From: Flavobacteriales bacterium
GTDB lineage: Bacteria; Bacteroidota; Bacteroidia; DT-38
Assembly: GCA_013214205.1 (NCBI GenBank)
Contig: JABSPQ010000095.1
Location: 5,886 to 69,885 of the forward strand
Length of the DNA: 64,000 bases
Direction of reading: 5' to 3'
Of this stretch, positions 11,183 to 21,767 are shown in pieces. Position 1 is the stretch's first letter, and every line of letters starts with the position of its first letter. The translations under genes and the position numbers were made by a program. Below the pieces are notes generated by a model that did no database searches, was not told the origin of the DNA, and was given only the letters and a program-made list of their open reading frames with translations.

Positions 11183-12454
11183 TCAAAGGTCAAATCCTAT
11201 ATCTTTTCTAAAGTACTTTGCTTCAAAGTTTATTGTTGATGCAACTTTGTACGACTTTTCTAATGCCTCACTGTGGTTTTTTCCTAATGAAGTAATCGCT
11301 ATTATTCTTCCCCCATTGGTAACCAAGCTGCCGTTATCGGCTTTTGTTCCAGCATGGAAAACAATACTTTCTCCCCCATTATCGGCACCAGTAATTTCTT
11401 TGCCTTTCTGATAACTACCAGGATAGCCGCCAGCCACCAACATAATAGTTGTTGCCGACTCTTCGATAATCTCTAAAGGTTCGTTATCCAAAGTTCCTTC
11501 TCCAACTTGCTTAAACGTTTCAAGTAAATCAGATTTAATTCGAGGTAAAACCACCTCAGTTTCAGGATCACCTAATCTAACGTTGTACTCTATTACAAAA
11601 GGCTCATTGTCAACAATCATTAGCCCAATAAATAGAAATCCTTTAAAAGGAATTCCCTCTTCAGCTAATCCTTCTACAGAAGGGATAACAATTCGCTCCT
11701 CAATTTTTTCAGATAATTCAGCATCTAAAAAAGGCACTGGAGAAACAGCCCCCATACCGCCAGTATTAAGCCCTGTATCTCCCTCTCCTATTCTTTTGTA
11801 ATCCTTTGCCGAAGGCAATATTTTATACCCTTTACCGTCTGTTAAAACAAAAACAGACAATTCAATACCGTTTAAAAACTCTTCTATAACCACCTTGTCG
11901 CTAGCATCTCCAAATTTTCTGCTTTCCAGCATGTTGCGTAATTCTACTTTGGCTTCTTCCAAATTATCTAGAATTAAAACACCTTTACCTGCTGCAAGGC
12001 CGTCTGCCTTTAGAACATAAGGCGCCGAAAGTGAATCTAAAAAAGAATAACCCTCTTCTATATTTTCTGCAGTAAAACCTTGATAAGCCGCTGTAGGAAT
12101 GTCGTGACGATTCATAAAGTTTTTAGAATACTCCTTGCTTCCTTCTAATTGAGCGCCTTCTTTTTGTGGACCAATTACATGCACATGCTTAATTGAGTCG
12201 TTTTCTAAGAAAAAATCGTGGATTCCATTAACCAAAGGATCCTCTGGTCCTACCACCACCATTTCTATTTGATTTTCTAAAACGAAAGTTTTGATCGAAT
12301 CGAAATCTCCAACTTGTATGTTTATGTTGGTTCCCAAAGCACCTGTTCCGCCGTTACCTGGTGCGATAAACAATTGAGACATTAATGGACTTTGTGAGAG
12401 TTTCCAGGCAAGGGCATGTTCTCTTCCGCCCGATCCTAGTATTAATACGTTCAT
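11183..12454 (-). CDS. purD: phosphoribosylamine--glycine ligase
   Basis: 423 aa. N-terminus MNVLILGSGGREHALAWKL and an ATP-grasp domain. Confidence 0.9.
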   Translation of the reverse strand: MNVLILGSGGREHALAWKLSQSPLMSQLFIAPGNGGTGALGTNINIQVGDFDSIKTFVLENQIEMVVVGPEDPLVNGIHDFFLENDSIKHVHVIGPQKEGAQLEGSKEYSKNFMNRHDIPTAAYQGFTAENIEEGYSFLDSLSAPYVLKADGLAAGKGVLILDNLEEAKVELRNMLESRKFGDASDKVVIEEFLNGIELSVFVLTDGKGYKILPSAKDYKRIGEGDTGLNTGGMGAVSPVPFLDAELSEKIEERIVIPSVEGLAEEGIPFKGFLFIGLMIVDNEPFVIEYNVRLGDPETEVVLPRIKSDLLETFKQVGEGTLDNEPLEIIEESATTIMLVAGGYPGSYQKGKEITGADNGGESIVFHAGTKADNGSLVTNGGRIIAITSLGKNHSEALEKSYKVASTINFEAKYFRKDIGFDL

Positions 12455-12468
12455 AGGTTTATTATTAT

Positions 12469-13212
12469 TTAAGACAACGATTCCATTAACTCGTCCGACA
12501 AATCCATGTTGTGAAACACATTATTTACATCGTCATCTTCTTCAAGTACATCAATTAAATTCAATACTTTTTGAGCACTTTCTGCATCAACTTCTATTAA
12601 TTCACCAGCAATTCTTTCAACTTCAGCCGATTCAACTTCCAGGTTAAGCGTCTCTAACTGCTTTTGCATTTTGCCATAATCTTCCAGCGCAGTTGTTACA
12701 GTAAATACGCCTTCATCCAATTCCACATCCTCAGCACCAGCATCAATTACTTCCATCGTAAAGTCGTCTTCGCTCAACTCGCCTTGCTTTACAGCAAAAA
12801 CGCCTTTTCTTTCGAATAGATAATCAATTGAACCATTAACGCCCATATTGCCACCTTGCTTGCCAAAAGTTGCTCTAACGTTGCTTACTGTTCTGTTGAT
12901 GTTATCGGTTGTACACTCAACAAAAATTGCGATTCCGCCAGCAGCATACCCTTCGTAAGTAGTTTCTTGATAGTTTGCTGAATCTTTTTCGGAAGCTTTA
13001 CTAATGGCTCTGTTAACAATCTCTTTCGGCATGTTAACCCCTTTTCCATTCAGAATAGCAGTTCTCAACCTTGAATTCGCATCCTCATCTGGGCCACCTT
13101 CTTTAATTGCGATGTTGATTTCCTTAACTATTTTCGAGAATACTTTTGATCTTTTAGCGTCTGTTGCAGCTTTCTTTCTCTTTATGGTTGCCCATTTACT
13201 ATGTCCTGACAT
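12469..13212 (-). CDS. yebC: YebC/PmpR family DNA-binding transcriptional regulator
   Basis: N-terminus MSGHSKWATIKRKKAATDAKR is diagnostic of this family. Confidence 0.85.
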   Translation of the reverse strand: MSGHSKWATIKRKKAATDAKRSKVFSKIVKEINIAIKEGGPDEDANSRLRTAILNGKGVNMPKEIVNRAISKASEKDSANYQETTYEGYAAGGIAIFVECTTDNINRTVSNVRATFGKQGGNMGVNGSIDYLFERKGVFAVKQGELSEDDFTMEVIDAGAEDVELDEGVFTVTTALEDYGKMQKQLETLNLEVESAEVERIAGELIEVDAESAQKVLNLIDVLEEDDDVNNVFHNMDLSDELMESLS

Positions 13213-13258
13213 GGTTAGTTGGTATTTTTAATATTCAACTGAAATTAATAAAGAAAAA

Positions 13259-15049
13259 CTAGTCGTCCAATTTAAGAACAGCTAAAAATGCCGATTGCGG
13301 AACCTCCACGTTTCCTACCTGACGCATTCTCTTTTTACCTTTTTTCTGTTTTTCCAAAAGTTTTCTCTTTCTAGAGATATCTCCACCATAACATTTTGCC
13401 GTAACATCCTTACGAAGTGCCTTAACGGTTTCTCTAGATATTACTTTAGATCCCAACGAAGCCTGAATAGCTATATCGAACTGTTGGCGTGGAATAAGCT
13501 CTTTTAATTTGGCACAAACTCTTTGACCCATGTGGTAAGCGTTATCTCTGTGAATCAAGATAGAAAGGGCATCAACTCCTTCACCATTCAACAAAATATC
13601 CATTTTCACCAACTTCGATTCTACGTAATCTATCGGATGATAATCGAAGGATGCATAGCCTCTTGATACCGATTTTAGTTTATCGTAGAAATCAAATACA
13701 ATTTCGCCAAGTGGCAATATAAACGACAATTCAACTCTATCGGCAGATAAGTACACTTGATTCTGGAAAACTCCACGTTTACTTATGCACAAACTCATAA
13801 TTGGGCCAACGTAATCTACTTTCGTAATTAATTTGGCCGATATAAATGGCTCCTCCACCTTGTCTAAAGTTCCCGGTTCGGGTAAATCTGATGGATTATT
13901 TACAATTACCAATTCGCCTTTGGTTGTGTATGCTTTATACGACACGTTAGGAATGGTAGCGATAACATACATGTCGAACTCGCGTTCCAATCTTTCTTGA
14001 ATAATATCCATGTGCAACATTCCCAAGAATCCGCAACGGAATCCAAAGCCTAGTGCAGCAGACGTTTCGTAATCGAATGTTAAGGAGGCGTCGTTTAATT
14101 GGAGTTTCTCCATCGACACTTTCAATTCTTCATAATCGTTGCTATCCACTGGGTAAATACCAGCAAAAACCATTGGTTTTACATCTTCAAATCCATCAAT
14201 TGCAATTTCACAAGGTCTGTCGCGGTGGGTAATCGTATCACCTACTTTTACCTCTTTTGCTTCCTTAATTCCAGATATGATATAGCCAACATCTCCAGCA
14301 CTGATAAAATCTCTTTTTTCTGGTTCTAATTTGAGCACACCAACTTCATCGGCCGAATATTCTTTTTCGGTAGCAACAAATTTTACTTTATCTCCCTTTC
14401 TAATCGTACCGTTTTGAACCTTGAAATAAGCAATAATGCCTCTAAAAGAATTAAATACAGAATCGAAAATCAATGCTTGTAAGGGCTCGTCAGAACTTCC
14501 CTTTGGAGCAGGAACCCTATCAACAACTGCTTTTAAAATATCGACAACGCCCATACCTGTTTTACCACTTGCTGGAATAACGTCTTCGGCTTTGCAACCA
14601 ATTAAATCAATAATTTGATCGGTAACTTCTTCTGGCATGGCGGCATCCATGTCCATTTTATTTAAGATTGGAATAATCTCTAAATCATTGTCAATGGCCA
14701 AATAAAGATTGGATATCGTTTGAGCTTGAATTCCTTGCGTTGCATCAACAATCAATAAAGCACCCTCGCAAGCAGCAATTGAACGGGAAACTTCGTAAGA
14801 AAAATCAACGTGTCCGGGAGTGTCAATTAAATTGAATAAATATTCTACTCCGTCAACCTTGTAATTCATTTGAATCGCGTGACTTTTTATGGTAATTCCT
14901 CTTTCTCTTTCGAGGTCCATATTGTCGAGCACTTGATTCTGGCTATCCTTACCAGTAATGGTACCCGTCTCTTCAAGTAGTCTATCGGCCAAGGTACTTT
15001 TCCCGTGGTCGATGTGAGCAATAATGCAAAAATTTCTGATGTGATCCAT
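13259..15049 (-). CDS. lepA: translation elongation factor 4 (LepA)
   Basis: 596 aa. Starts [22 protein letters not shown] with G-domain motifs and has the LepA-specific C-terminal domain. Confidence 0.9.
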   Translation of the reverse strand: MDHIRNFCIIAHIDHGKSTLADRLLEETGTITGKDSQNQVLDNMDLERERGITIKSHAIQMNYKVDGVEYLFNLIDTPGHVDFSYEVSRSIAACEGALLIVDATQGIQAQTISNLYLAIDNDLEIIPILNKMDMDAAMPEEVTDQIIDLIGCKAEDVIPASGKTGMGVVDILKAVVDRVPAPKGSSDEPLQALIFDSVFNSFRGIIAYFKVQNGTIRKGDKVKFVATEKEYSADEVGVLKLEPEKRDFISAGDVGYIISGIKEAKEVKVGDTITHRDRPCEIAIDGFEDVKPMVFAGIYPVDSNDYEELKVSMEKLQLNDASLTFDYETSAALGFGFRCGFLGMLHMDIIQERLEREFDMYVIATIPNVSYKAYTTKGELVIVNNPSDLPEPGTLDKVEEPFISAKLITKVDYVGPIMSLCISKRGVFQNQVYLSADRVELSFILPLGEIVFDFYDKLKSVSRGYASFDYHPIDYVESKLVKMDILLNGEGVDALSILIHRDNAYHMGQRVCAKLKELIPRQQFDIAIQASLGSKVISRETVKALRKDVTAKCYGGDISRKRKLLEKQKKGKKRMRQVGNVEVPQSAFLAVLKLDD

Positions 15050-15187
15050 ATGCTTGCAAAGCTACTATTTTTGGGCTGATTTCGGTCTAAAAATCAACGC
15101 ATATCATACTACCATAGAATTCTTTATTTTTTGGGCAATCTCACAATAAACTGTAACTTTGATCATCATCAGGAGTAACATATTTGA

Positions 15188-17350
15188 ATGCAACAAGTTT
15201 TTTTAAAGAACCTTCTTAAAATCGGCGTTTTCTTACTTGCCTTTATCTTTGTCGGTACGCCTGCTAAAGCAGATCATATAGTTGAAATGCGTTTGTCTTA
15301 TAAACATATTTCAGGTAGCACATACCAAGTTAATGGCATTTTGGCTATTCCATGTGAAGAACTGAAAGTTCGCTCAGTTCGAGATAGTATACCTGTCATT
15401 GCCTCTTCGTCTTGTTCTGGCTCTGTAATTACCACATGGCTATTTTTAGACAAACTAGATTCAGGGATAGTGGATTTGCCATCATGTATTGATCATGAAG
15501 CTAGCTGTGAGCCCAAATCTCTTATCTTTGATTCTTATTTTTACCATTATAGTGGAGAGGTAACTTTAGCGGAATGTTCTGATTGGATTATCAGTTACAA
15601 CGACAACCAAAAAAGAGTAAATTTTAAAATCGGAGTAACCAGTATTACTAAGAATATTAATTTCCAATCCTCGAGTATAAAGTACTATGCAGAATGTACT
15701 CTAGACAATACTTCAGGAAACTTAATAAACAGTTCTCCTGTATTCGAAACTGGATTTAATAAAATATTTTGTAAAGACAAATATTACGATTGGTTAATAT
15801 CTGCTTTCGATGAAGATGGAGACGAATTAAAATATTCGCTAGAATCGTGCAAAACAGAAGATGGCGTGGATGTTTCTAGCTTTAGTACACCGCAGGGCGG
15901 TTACAATTCTGACTATTCTCCACTAGATCCTTTAGGTATTGGTGCTTCTTTTTCAATAGACGATCAAACAGGTCTCATTTCTTTTACTGCCAGTTGCCCA
16001 GAAGGGGCATATTGGCTTGCCGTAAAAGTAGAAGAATCTAGAAATGGAAAAGTTATTGGTTCGGCAAGAGCCGAATATTGGGTTGTCGTATCTAGTGAAT
16101 GTACCAATGGCGACTCACCAGTATTTGTTGATTTAAACCCAGCCATAAACGGACCCTCACCTAGAGTTACCGCCGAATGTTTCTCAGATCATTTTATTGT
16201 AGAAATTGATCAGCGCATTCAGTATGGTAGTTGGGCAACCGACACTTCAGACGTTCAATTACTTGATAGTGATGGCAATGAAATGGATGACGTGTTAATA
16301 TATCCTATTAATGTTGAGGACAATGCGTTTACCCAACTGAGAGTTGACATGCCATTTGAAATGGATCAAAACGATTGCTATGAACTTTATATCCGTAATG
16401 ACGGACTCTACAGCTTATGCGGGACACAAATGCCAGCTGGTTCGCTTGTTACTTTGTGTGTAACCTCATGCGTTACCATGCCGATAACTATTAACAATGT
16501 TTCAGTTGATGAATGTGGTTTGACTCATACGATTATCTGGGAATTAAAGGACTCTGTAGATTTATTAAACACAGACAACATTGAATCTTTTAAATACTGG
16601 GAAATTTACGCTTGTGAAAATGCTTTAGAGGAAAGTTGCACTGAATATATTGGCAAAACTAATGGCCCTCCTAATAACGTAACTCCTACAACCGATCAAT
16701 ATCTAGCTATTGACAATCATACGACTTCTAACATAGCAATAGATGGGGCCACTAATTACCGAGTAATCGCAAAAATTAATGGGCTTACCACTCAGTTATA
16801 TTCTAACATGGTAAATAGTATTCTCTTAGAAATTACCGACAACACACCAGATTTAGATTATGCCGAATTGGCTTGGAGCCCTTACAATGCTTGGGCCGAT
16901 CCTGTGTACGAAATTGAAATGTCGACAGACGAAGCGAATTGGATTACTGCGGAAACTTCTTCAAACCCATTTTTCTCATTAGAAAAACCAGGAGAAATCG
17001 GAACGGTTTTCATTAGAATTAAAACTACAGATGGTGAATATACTTCCTATTCTAATTGTGTTAGTTACGATGGCTCGGGAAGCGAATTAATTGTACCAGA
17101 TATTTTTACCCCTAACGGAGATGGAGTAAATGATTTATTCGAAATAGGGAATTTAAAATATTGGCCAGGTACGTATGTTACCATTTACAACAGATGGGGT
17201 GAAACCGTTTACAAACAGGAAAACTATCAAAGTACTTGGAGTGCTAAAAGAGTGTCAGATGGTATTTATTTCTATGTTTTTTATCTAAACAATAGAACTA
17301 AGGTATCTGGATATGTTACTATAATGAGATATCCTTTATCTCTGCATTAA
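15188..17350 (+). CDS. secreted cell-surface protein with gliding-motility-associated (T9SS type B / CHU_C) C-terminal domain
   Basis: Signal peptide, then an HIVEMRLSY N-terminal motif. C-terminus ...LIVPDIFTPNGDGVNDLFEI...NRWGETVY...GIYFYVFYL...GYVTIMR matches the type B sorting domain. Confidence 0.75.
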   Translation: MQQVFLKNLLKIGVFLLAFIFVGTPAKADHIVEMRLSYKHISGSTYQVNGILAIPCEELKVRSVRDSIPVIASSSCSGSVITTWLFLDKLDSGIVDLPSCIDHEASCEPKSLIFDSYFYHYSGEVTLAECSDWIISYNDNQKRVNFKIGVTSITKNINFQSSSIKYYAECTLDNTSGNLINSSPVFETGFNKIFCKDKYYDWLISAFDEDGDELKYSLESCKTEDGVDVSSFSTPQGGYNSDYSPLDPLGIGASFSIDDQTGLISFTASCPEGAYWLAVKVEESRNGKVIGSARAEYWVVVSSECTNGDSPVFVDLNPAINGPSPRVTAECFSDHFIVEIDQRIQYGSWATDTSDVQLLDSDGNEMDDVLIYPINVEDNAFTQLRVDMPFEMDQNDCYELYIRNDGLYSLCGTQMPAGSLVTLCVTSCVTMPITINNVSVDECGLTHTIIWELKDSVDLLNTDNIESFKYWEIYACENALEESCTEYIGKTNGPPNNVTPTTDQYLAIDNHTTSNIAIDGATNYRVIAKINGLTTQLYSNMVNSILLEITDNTPDLDYAELAWSPYNAWADPVYEIEMSTDEANWITAETSSNPFFSLEKPGEIGTVFIRIKTTDGEYTSYSNCVSYDGSGSELIVPDIFTPNGDGVNDLFEIGNLKYWPGTYVTIYNRWGETVYKQENYQSTWSAKRVSDGIYFYVFYLNNRTKVSGYVTIMRYPLSLH

Positions 17351-17920
17351 TCGAGCAACGTACTTTCCAATAATATCAAATTCTAAATTTACCGTACTCC
17401 CTACTTCAAACTTATTAAAGTTGGTGTGTTCGTGCGTAAAAGGAATAATTGCAACACTAAAGCCATCGAGCTTAGAATCAACTACTGTTAAACTAACCCC
17501 GTTTACACAAACAGATCCTTTTTCAACGGTTACGTTTCCGATACCTGCATCATAGGTAAAACTGTATTCCCAGCTTCCGTCTTGTTCGTTAACAGCTGTA
17601 CAGGTTGCCGTTTGATCTACATGACCTTGTACAATGTGACCATCCAAGCGTTCATTCAAAATCATAGCTCTTTCCAAGTTAACTATATCGCCAACTTTTA
17701 ATTCGCCCAAATTACTTTTATCTAAAGTTTCTTGAATTGCGGTAACGGTGTATTTTTTATCGTCTTGTTCTACTATAGTAAGGCAAACACCATTGTGCGA
17801 AACGCTCTGATCTATTTGTAATTCGGCAGACATACCAGCTGCAACTGTAATGTGCAAGTTATCGCCATCACGATTTAGCTGAGCAACTGTGCCCAATTCT
17901 TCTATTATTCCGGTAAACAT
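17336..17920 (-). CDS. ribE: riboflavin synthase alpha subunit
   Basis: 194 aa. MFTGIIEELGTV.. and a duplicated lumazine-binding half, with GHV and VNG motifs. Confidence 0.85.
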   Translation of the reverse strand: MFTGIIEELGTVAQLNRDGDNLHITVAAGMSAELQIDQSVSHNGVCLTIVEQDDKKYTVTAIQETLDKSNLGELKVGDIVNLERAMILNERLDGHIVQGHVDQTATCTAVNEQDGSWEYSFTYDAGIGNVTVEKGSVCVNGVSLTVVDSKLDGFSVAIIPFTHEHTNFNKFEVGSTVNLEFDIIGKYVARLMQR

Positions 17921-17929
17921 TTTATTTGG

Positions 17930-20533
17930 CTAAAAATTAACGTTGGTAGATCTGAGCAATTGAACATATCCTTTATAAATCTCATCAACTAGTCCTACAT
18001 CTCTAATCGTTTTTACAGTACAAACATAAAAATAAGTTCCTTCTGTACAATCCTCGCCGTTCTCCATATGTTTACCATCCCATTTAATATCTGGATCGGT
18101 AGTTTCAAAAACCAACGAACCCCATCTGTTATAAATCTTTGTGTCAACGCTTTCTACAGATCGATATGGGAAAGGAACAAACAGGTCGTTCTTTCCGCTA
18201 TTGTCGGGCGTAAATACATTTGGGAAATCATAAATTGGGCAATTGTCAACACAAACCAAATTGCTTTTTACACTTTCGTTTCCAAAAGAATCAACTGCGG
18301 TTACATAGTAACAACCGGCAATACTTAAACTGTGGCTATACGAAAAAATGGTATCCGTGGCAGCACTCCTCGATTCTAAAAACTCTAGCTCCATCGTATC
18401 ATTCTCAGCAAAATAGAAATTGTACCCAACTACATCATCTGCACAACTTTCATTCGGATTGTTCCAACTTAATTCGCTTTCTAAGTTTTCGCAATCGCTC
18501 AATTCTACCTTTAAAGAAGGTGCGCAAGGCGCTTCGGTATCTGCTGGTGTAGCACAAACAATTTCGGAATAATTAATTATCGGGTCTATAATATTTGAGA
18601 TGGAATACTCTCCCACACTTTTAATCTTGTAGCATTGTTCTGTTTCATTAGGTAATCCAATGTCAACAAAAGAAAACGTATTGCTAGTTCCAATAGAATC
18701 GAAGAGCAAAGTTGCTGGATTCTCTCTGAAAATTACAAATTCATTGTTATCCCACGGCGCAGATACCGACCAATTTAGCGTGATTTCGTTATCGGCAGGT
18801 ATTGCCGAAACATAAATAGATGAACCAAGTTGAGTTGAACCAATTTTGAATCTGTCGTTGGTTGCATCGTTGTAAAAATCTATTCGATAAGTAAATATTA
18901 AATTTTCCGTATTTAATTCCGTATCAACAAAAATAGTATCGGTTAAAGAATCTAATGTACTAACCAATTCAAATGAACTACCCGAAGACCTATAAAGCAA
19001 ATACTCAAAAGGCCCACTAAACTGGTCAAGCTCCGTTGGCATAGACCAAGCTACCGTTACCTCGCCATCCGATTTATCGGTAACATCAACCGTTACATTC
19101 GTAATAATAGGCACATCCCTTTTCAATTCGGCACATGTTTCTGTAGAAACAACGCTTTCTACCCCATCGGCATAAAAACCAGTAACAACATAGCAATATA
19201 ATTTACCATGAATCAAACCCGGATCGTCGTCGATATAAAGACCAGTTGATGCACTATAAATCGTTTTAACCAATTCGTATCCAGTGCTGAATGGAATTCC
19301 TGATTCACAAGAATCTGGTACATAATTGGCAGAATCAACTTTTCTGTAAACGTGATATCCTTCAACATCAGAACAAGAACCGGATTCCCAATTTACATGA
19401 ACCTGACTTCCTAAAGCTTCCGACGAAAGGTTCTGTGGAGCTGGGCCAAGTACTGTAATATTTACCGTTTCTAAATCAACCAGATTGGGTCTACCATTGT
19501 CTTCGGCTTTAAAAGTAACCGTGTACGGCTCTTTTCTAATATGATCGCAAGTTGTTTGCCAAGAGAAAAAAGAATACACATCGGGACCAGCATTAGCTGT
19601 AGGAAAAATAGCCGTATCACTAACTTCAAAAGGCCCTCCATAAGCACTAAGGTTAATCCGAAGAAAGGAGCTTACATTTTCGTCGGAAGCAGACACCTCA
19701 TACTGAACCTTGGTTCCAGCAACTACACATTGATCATCAACAGGATCAATTATTGGTGGATCATTATCCGATTCCTCAACAAATATTTGCATGTCGCGTG
19801 TTATCGTTCCTACCAAAATACCGTCCCTCCATTCCTCAATTAACATTGCAACGTTATATTCTCCAATCTCTTGAGGAGAATCCCATGTTAAATCTCCTGT
19901 ATATGGATTAACCGAAATTTTATTATTTCCGCCTGTAGGATGTGCCGAAGGGTAAGTATAGGTAGCAATATCCAATCCCTGAGAGCCTTTACAAGGAATT
20001 AACTTGTACGACAAGCTATCTCCATCGGGATCAAAAGCTCCTGGATTATGGATAAAAATCTCACCTTGAGCCGCATGTTCCAATGGAGGATTCAGCAATT
20101 CGCAGGAAACATTTGCACCTAAAAACGCATGAATTTTCAACATGGTTTCTATATAAAACGGTACTTCTTTAGAATACGTCATATTAATAACACCCTCGTT
20201 TCTATTAGGGTCTATTACAGACATAACATATGTTCCTGGCCCCTTGTAGGTGTGCCTGCCAACATAAGTGGTTTTCCGCACTTCGGCCTCAACCATTACA
20301 GAATCTGTTCTTTGAATGTTTTCCGAAGTTCCATCACCCCAACTAATGGGCATATCGTTCCGAATTACATTAGAGCTACTGCTTGCAACGTATTTGGTAT
20401 AAATAACGATTTTAACCTCATATTCCAACACAGAAATCCCTGTATAAGTAATTTCTCCAGCACGATTATGCGTACCGTAAGATTCTACTATTACAGTAAA
20501 AAATATTGAAAGTATGAGTAGTATTTTTTTCAT
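17930..20533 (-). CDS. large secreted surface protein (fibronectin-III/Ig-like modules) with T9SS type B (CHU_C) C-terminal domain
   Basis: Likely start at MKKILLILSIFF (20533); the ORF extends to 20560. N-terminal THNRAGEITY motif. C-terminus NVFTPDNSGKNDLF...NRWGSLVF...GTYFYVCTV...GYVQLLR. Confidence 0.75.
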   Translation of the reverse strand: MKKILLILSIFFTVIVESYGTHNRAGEITYTGISVLEYEVKIVIYTKYVASSSSNVIRNDMPISWGDGTSENIQRTDSVMVEAEVRKTTYVGRHTYKGPGTYVMSVIDPNRNEGVINMTYSKEVPFYIETMLKIHAFLGANVSCELLNPPLEHAAQGEIFIHNPGAFDPDGDSLSYKLIPCKGSQGLDIATYTYPSAHPTGGNNKISVNPYTGDLTWDSPQEIGEYNVAMLIEEWRDGILVGTITRDMQIFVEESDNDPPIIDPVDDQCVVAGTKVQYEVSASDENVSSFLRINLSAYGGPFEVSDTAIFPTANAGPDVYSFFSWQTTCDHIRKEPYTVTFKAEDNGRPNLVDLETVNITVLGPAPQNLSSEALGSQVHVNWESGSCSDVEGYHVYRKVDSANYVPDSCESGIPFSTGYELVKTIYSASTGLYIDDDPGLIHGKLYCYVVTGFYADGVESVVSTETCAELKRDVPIITNVTVDVTDKSDGEVTVAWSMPTELDQFSGPFEYLLYRSSGSSFELVSTLDSLTDTIFVDTELNTENLIFTYRIDFYNDATNDRFKIGSTQLGSSIYVSAIPADNEITLNWSVSAPWDNNEFVIFRENPATLLFDSIGTSNTFSFVDIGLPNETEQCYKIKSVGEYSISNIIDPIINYSEIVCATPADTEAPCAPSLKVELSDCENLESELSWNNPNESCADDVVGYNFYFAENDTMELEFLESRSAATDTIFSYSHSLSIAGCYYVTAVDSFGNESVKSNLVCVDNCPIYDFPNVFTPDNSGKNDLFVPFPYRSVESVDTKIYNRWGSLVFETTDPDIKWDGKHMENGEDCTEGTYFYVCTVKTIRDVGLVDEIYKGYVQLLRSTNVNF

Positions 20534-20617
20534 TAATTCACTTATCCAGTGATAACCCAAATAATTGATTTTTATTATGGTAAAGCATCCAAATTTTATT
20601 TTCTATTACTAGCAAAA

Positions 20618-21742
20618 TTATACCACTTGATCTATCATTTCAGTTGGTAAATCCCTGTATTCATATTCCTGCGTTCTAAGTTGTGGAACAAATCCAGCTT
20701 CTCTAATCGCATCTTGAATTCCTGTTGCACTAAAACGGTGTGGTGCACCCGCAGCAGAAACCACATTTTCTTCTATCATAATCGATCCAAAATCATTGCC
20801 ACCAGCGTGTAAACACACCTGTGCAGTCTCTTTACCAACAGTTAACCACGACACCTGAATGTTTTCTATATTCGGTAACATAATCCTGCTAATGGCTAGC
20901 ATACGGATATACTCGTCAGAAGTGACATTATTTTTAATTCCTTTTACATTTAATAGCAAAGTACCTTCATCCATAAACGGCCAAGGGATAAATGCCAAAA
21001 ACCCATTCGAATCAGCAGGCTTCTCTTCTTGCACCTCGCGCAACCATACCAAATGCTCAAATCGTTCTTCCAAAGTTTCAATATGGCCAAACATCATAGT
21101 GGCCGAAGTAGTAATATTAAGTTGATGAGCAGCCCTCATAACATCAAGCCATTCGCTTCCCGTACATTTTCCTTTAGAAATCAATCTTCTAACTCTATCA
21201 TTTAAAATTTCGGCACCAGCACCCGGCAAAGAATCGAGTCCTGCGGCTTTTAATTCTGTTAAAACAGCGGTATGAGACATCCCTTCCAGCTTGCAAATGT
21301 GTGCTATTTCGGGAGGTCCTAAAGCGTGTAATTTCAAATCGGGATACATCTCTTTGATGCCCTTAAAAGTATCTACGTAAAATTTCAGTCCAAGTTCTGG
21401 ATGATGTCCACCTTGGAGAAGTAACTGATTGCCACCAAACTCAATTGTTTCGTCAATTTTAGTCTTATACTGCTCCATTGTTGTAATGTATGCCTCACCA
21501 TGCCCCGGAACCCTATAAAAGTTACAGAACTTACAATTTGCAGTACAAACATTGGTAGTATTTACATTTCTATCAATTATCCATGTAACTACATTGTCTT
21601 TCTTCCGCTGATTCTTCATTTCGTTGGCTACAAAGGACAATGCTGACGTTGAAGCCTTCTCAAATAAGAATTGACCTTCGTCGGCTGAGAGAAATTCTGA
21701 ATTTAAAGCTCGTTTAAATAATTCGTTGATCTGTTGATCCAT
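20618..21742 (-). CDS. menaquinone (futalosine pathway) radical SAM enzyme, MqnC/MqnE family
   Basis: 374 aa with a CTANCKFCNF CxxxCxxC cluster and the family fold. I cannot distinguish MqnC from MqnE by eye. Confidence 0.7.
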   Translation of the reverse strand: MDQQINELFKRALNSEFLSADEGQFLFEKASTSALSFVANEMKNQRKKDNVVTWIIDRNVNTTNVCTANCKFCNFYRVPGHGEAYITTMEQYKTKIDETIEFGGNQLLLQGGHHPELGLKFYVDTFKGIKEMYPDLKLHALGPPEIAHICKLEGMSHTAVLTELKAAGLDSLPGAGAEILNDRVRRLISKGKCTGSEWLDVMRAAHQLNITTSATMMFGHIETLEERFEHLVWLREVQEEKPADSNGFLAFIPWPFMDEGTLLLNVKGIKNNVTSDEYIRMLAISRIMLPNIENIQVSWLTVGKETAQVCLHAGGNDFGSIMIEENVVSAAGAPHRFSATGIQDAIREAGFVPQLRTQEYEYRDLPTEMIDQVV

Positions 21743-21767
21743 TCTGTTACTGTATTTTTTAATAATT

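Noticed and set aside
10938-11186. 82-aa minus-strand ORF between the membrane-protein gene and purD.
   Set aside because: Its start overlaps the purD stop and it runs antisense to a candidate small membrane protein. It has no recognisable features. I kept only the plus-strand small ORF, and that at low confidence.
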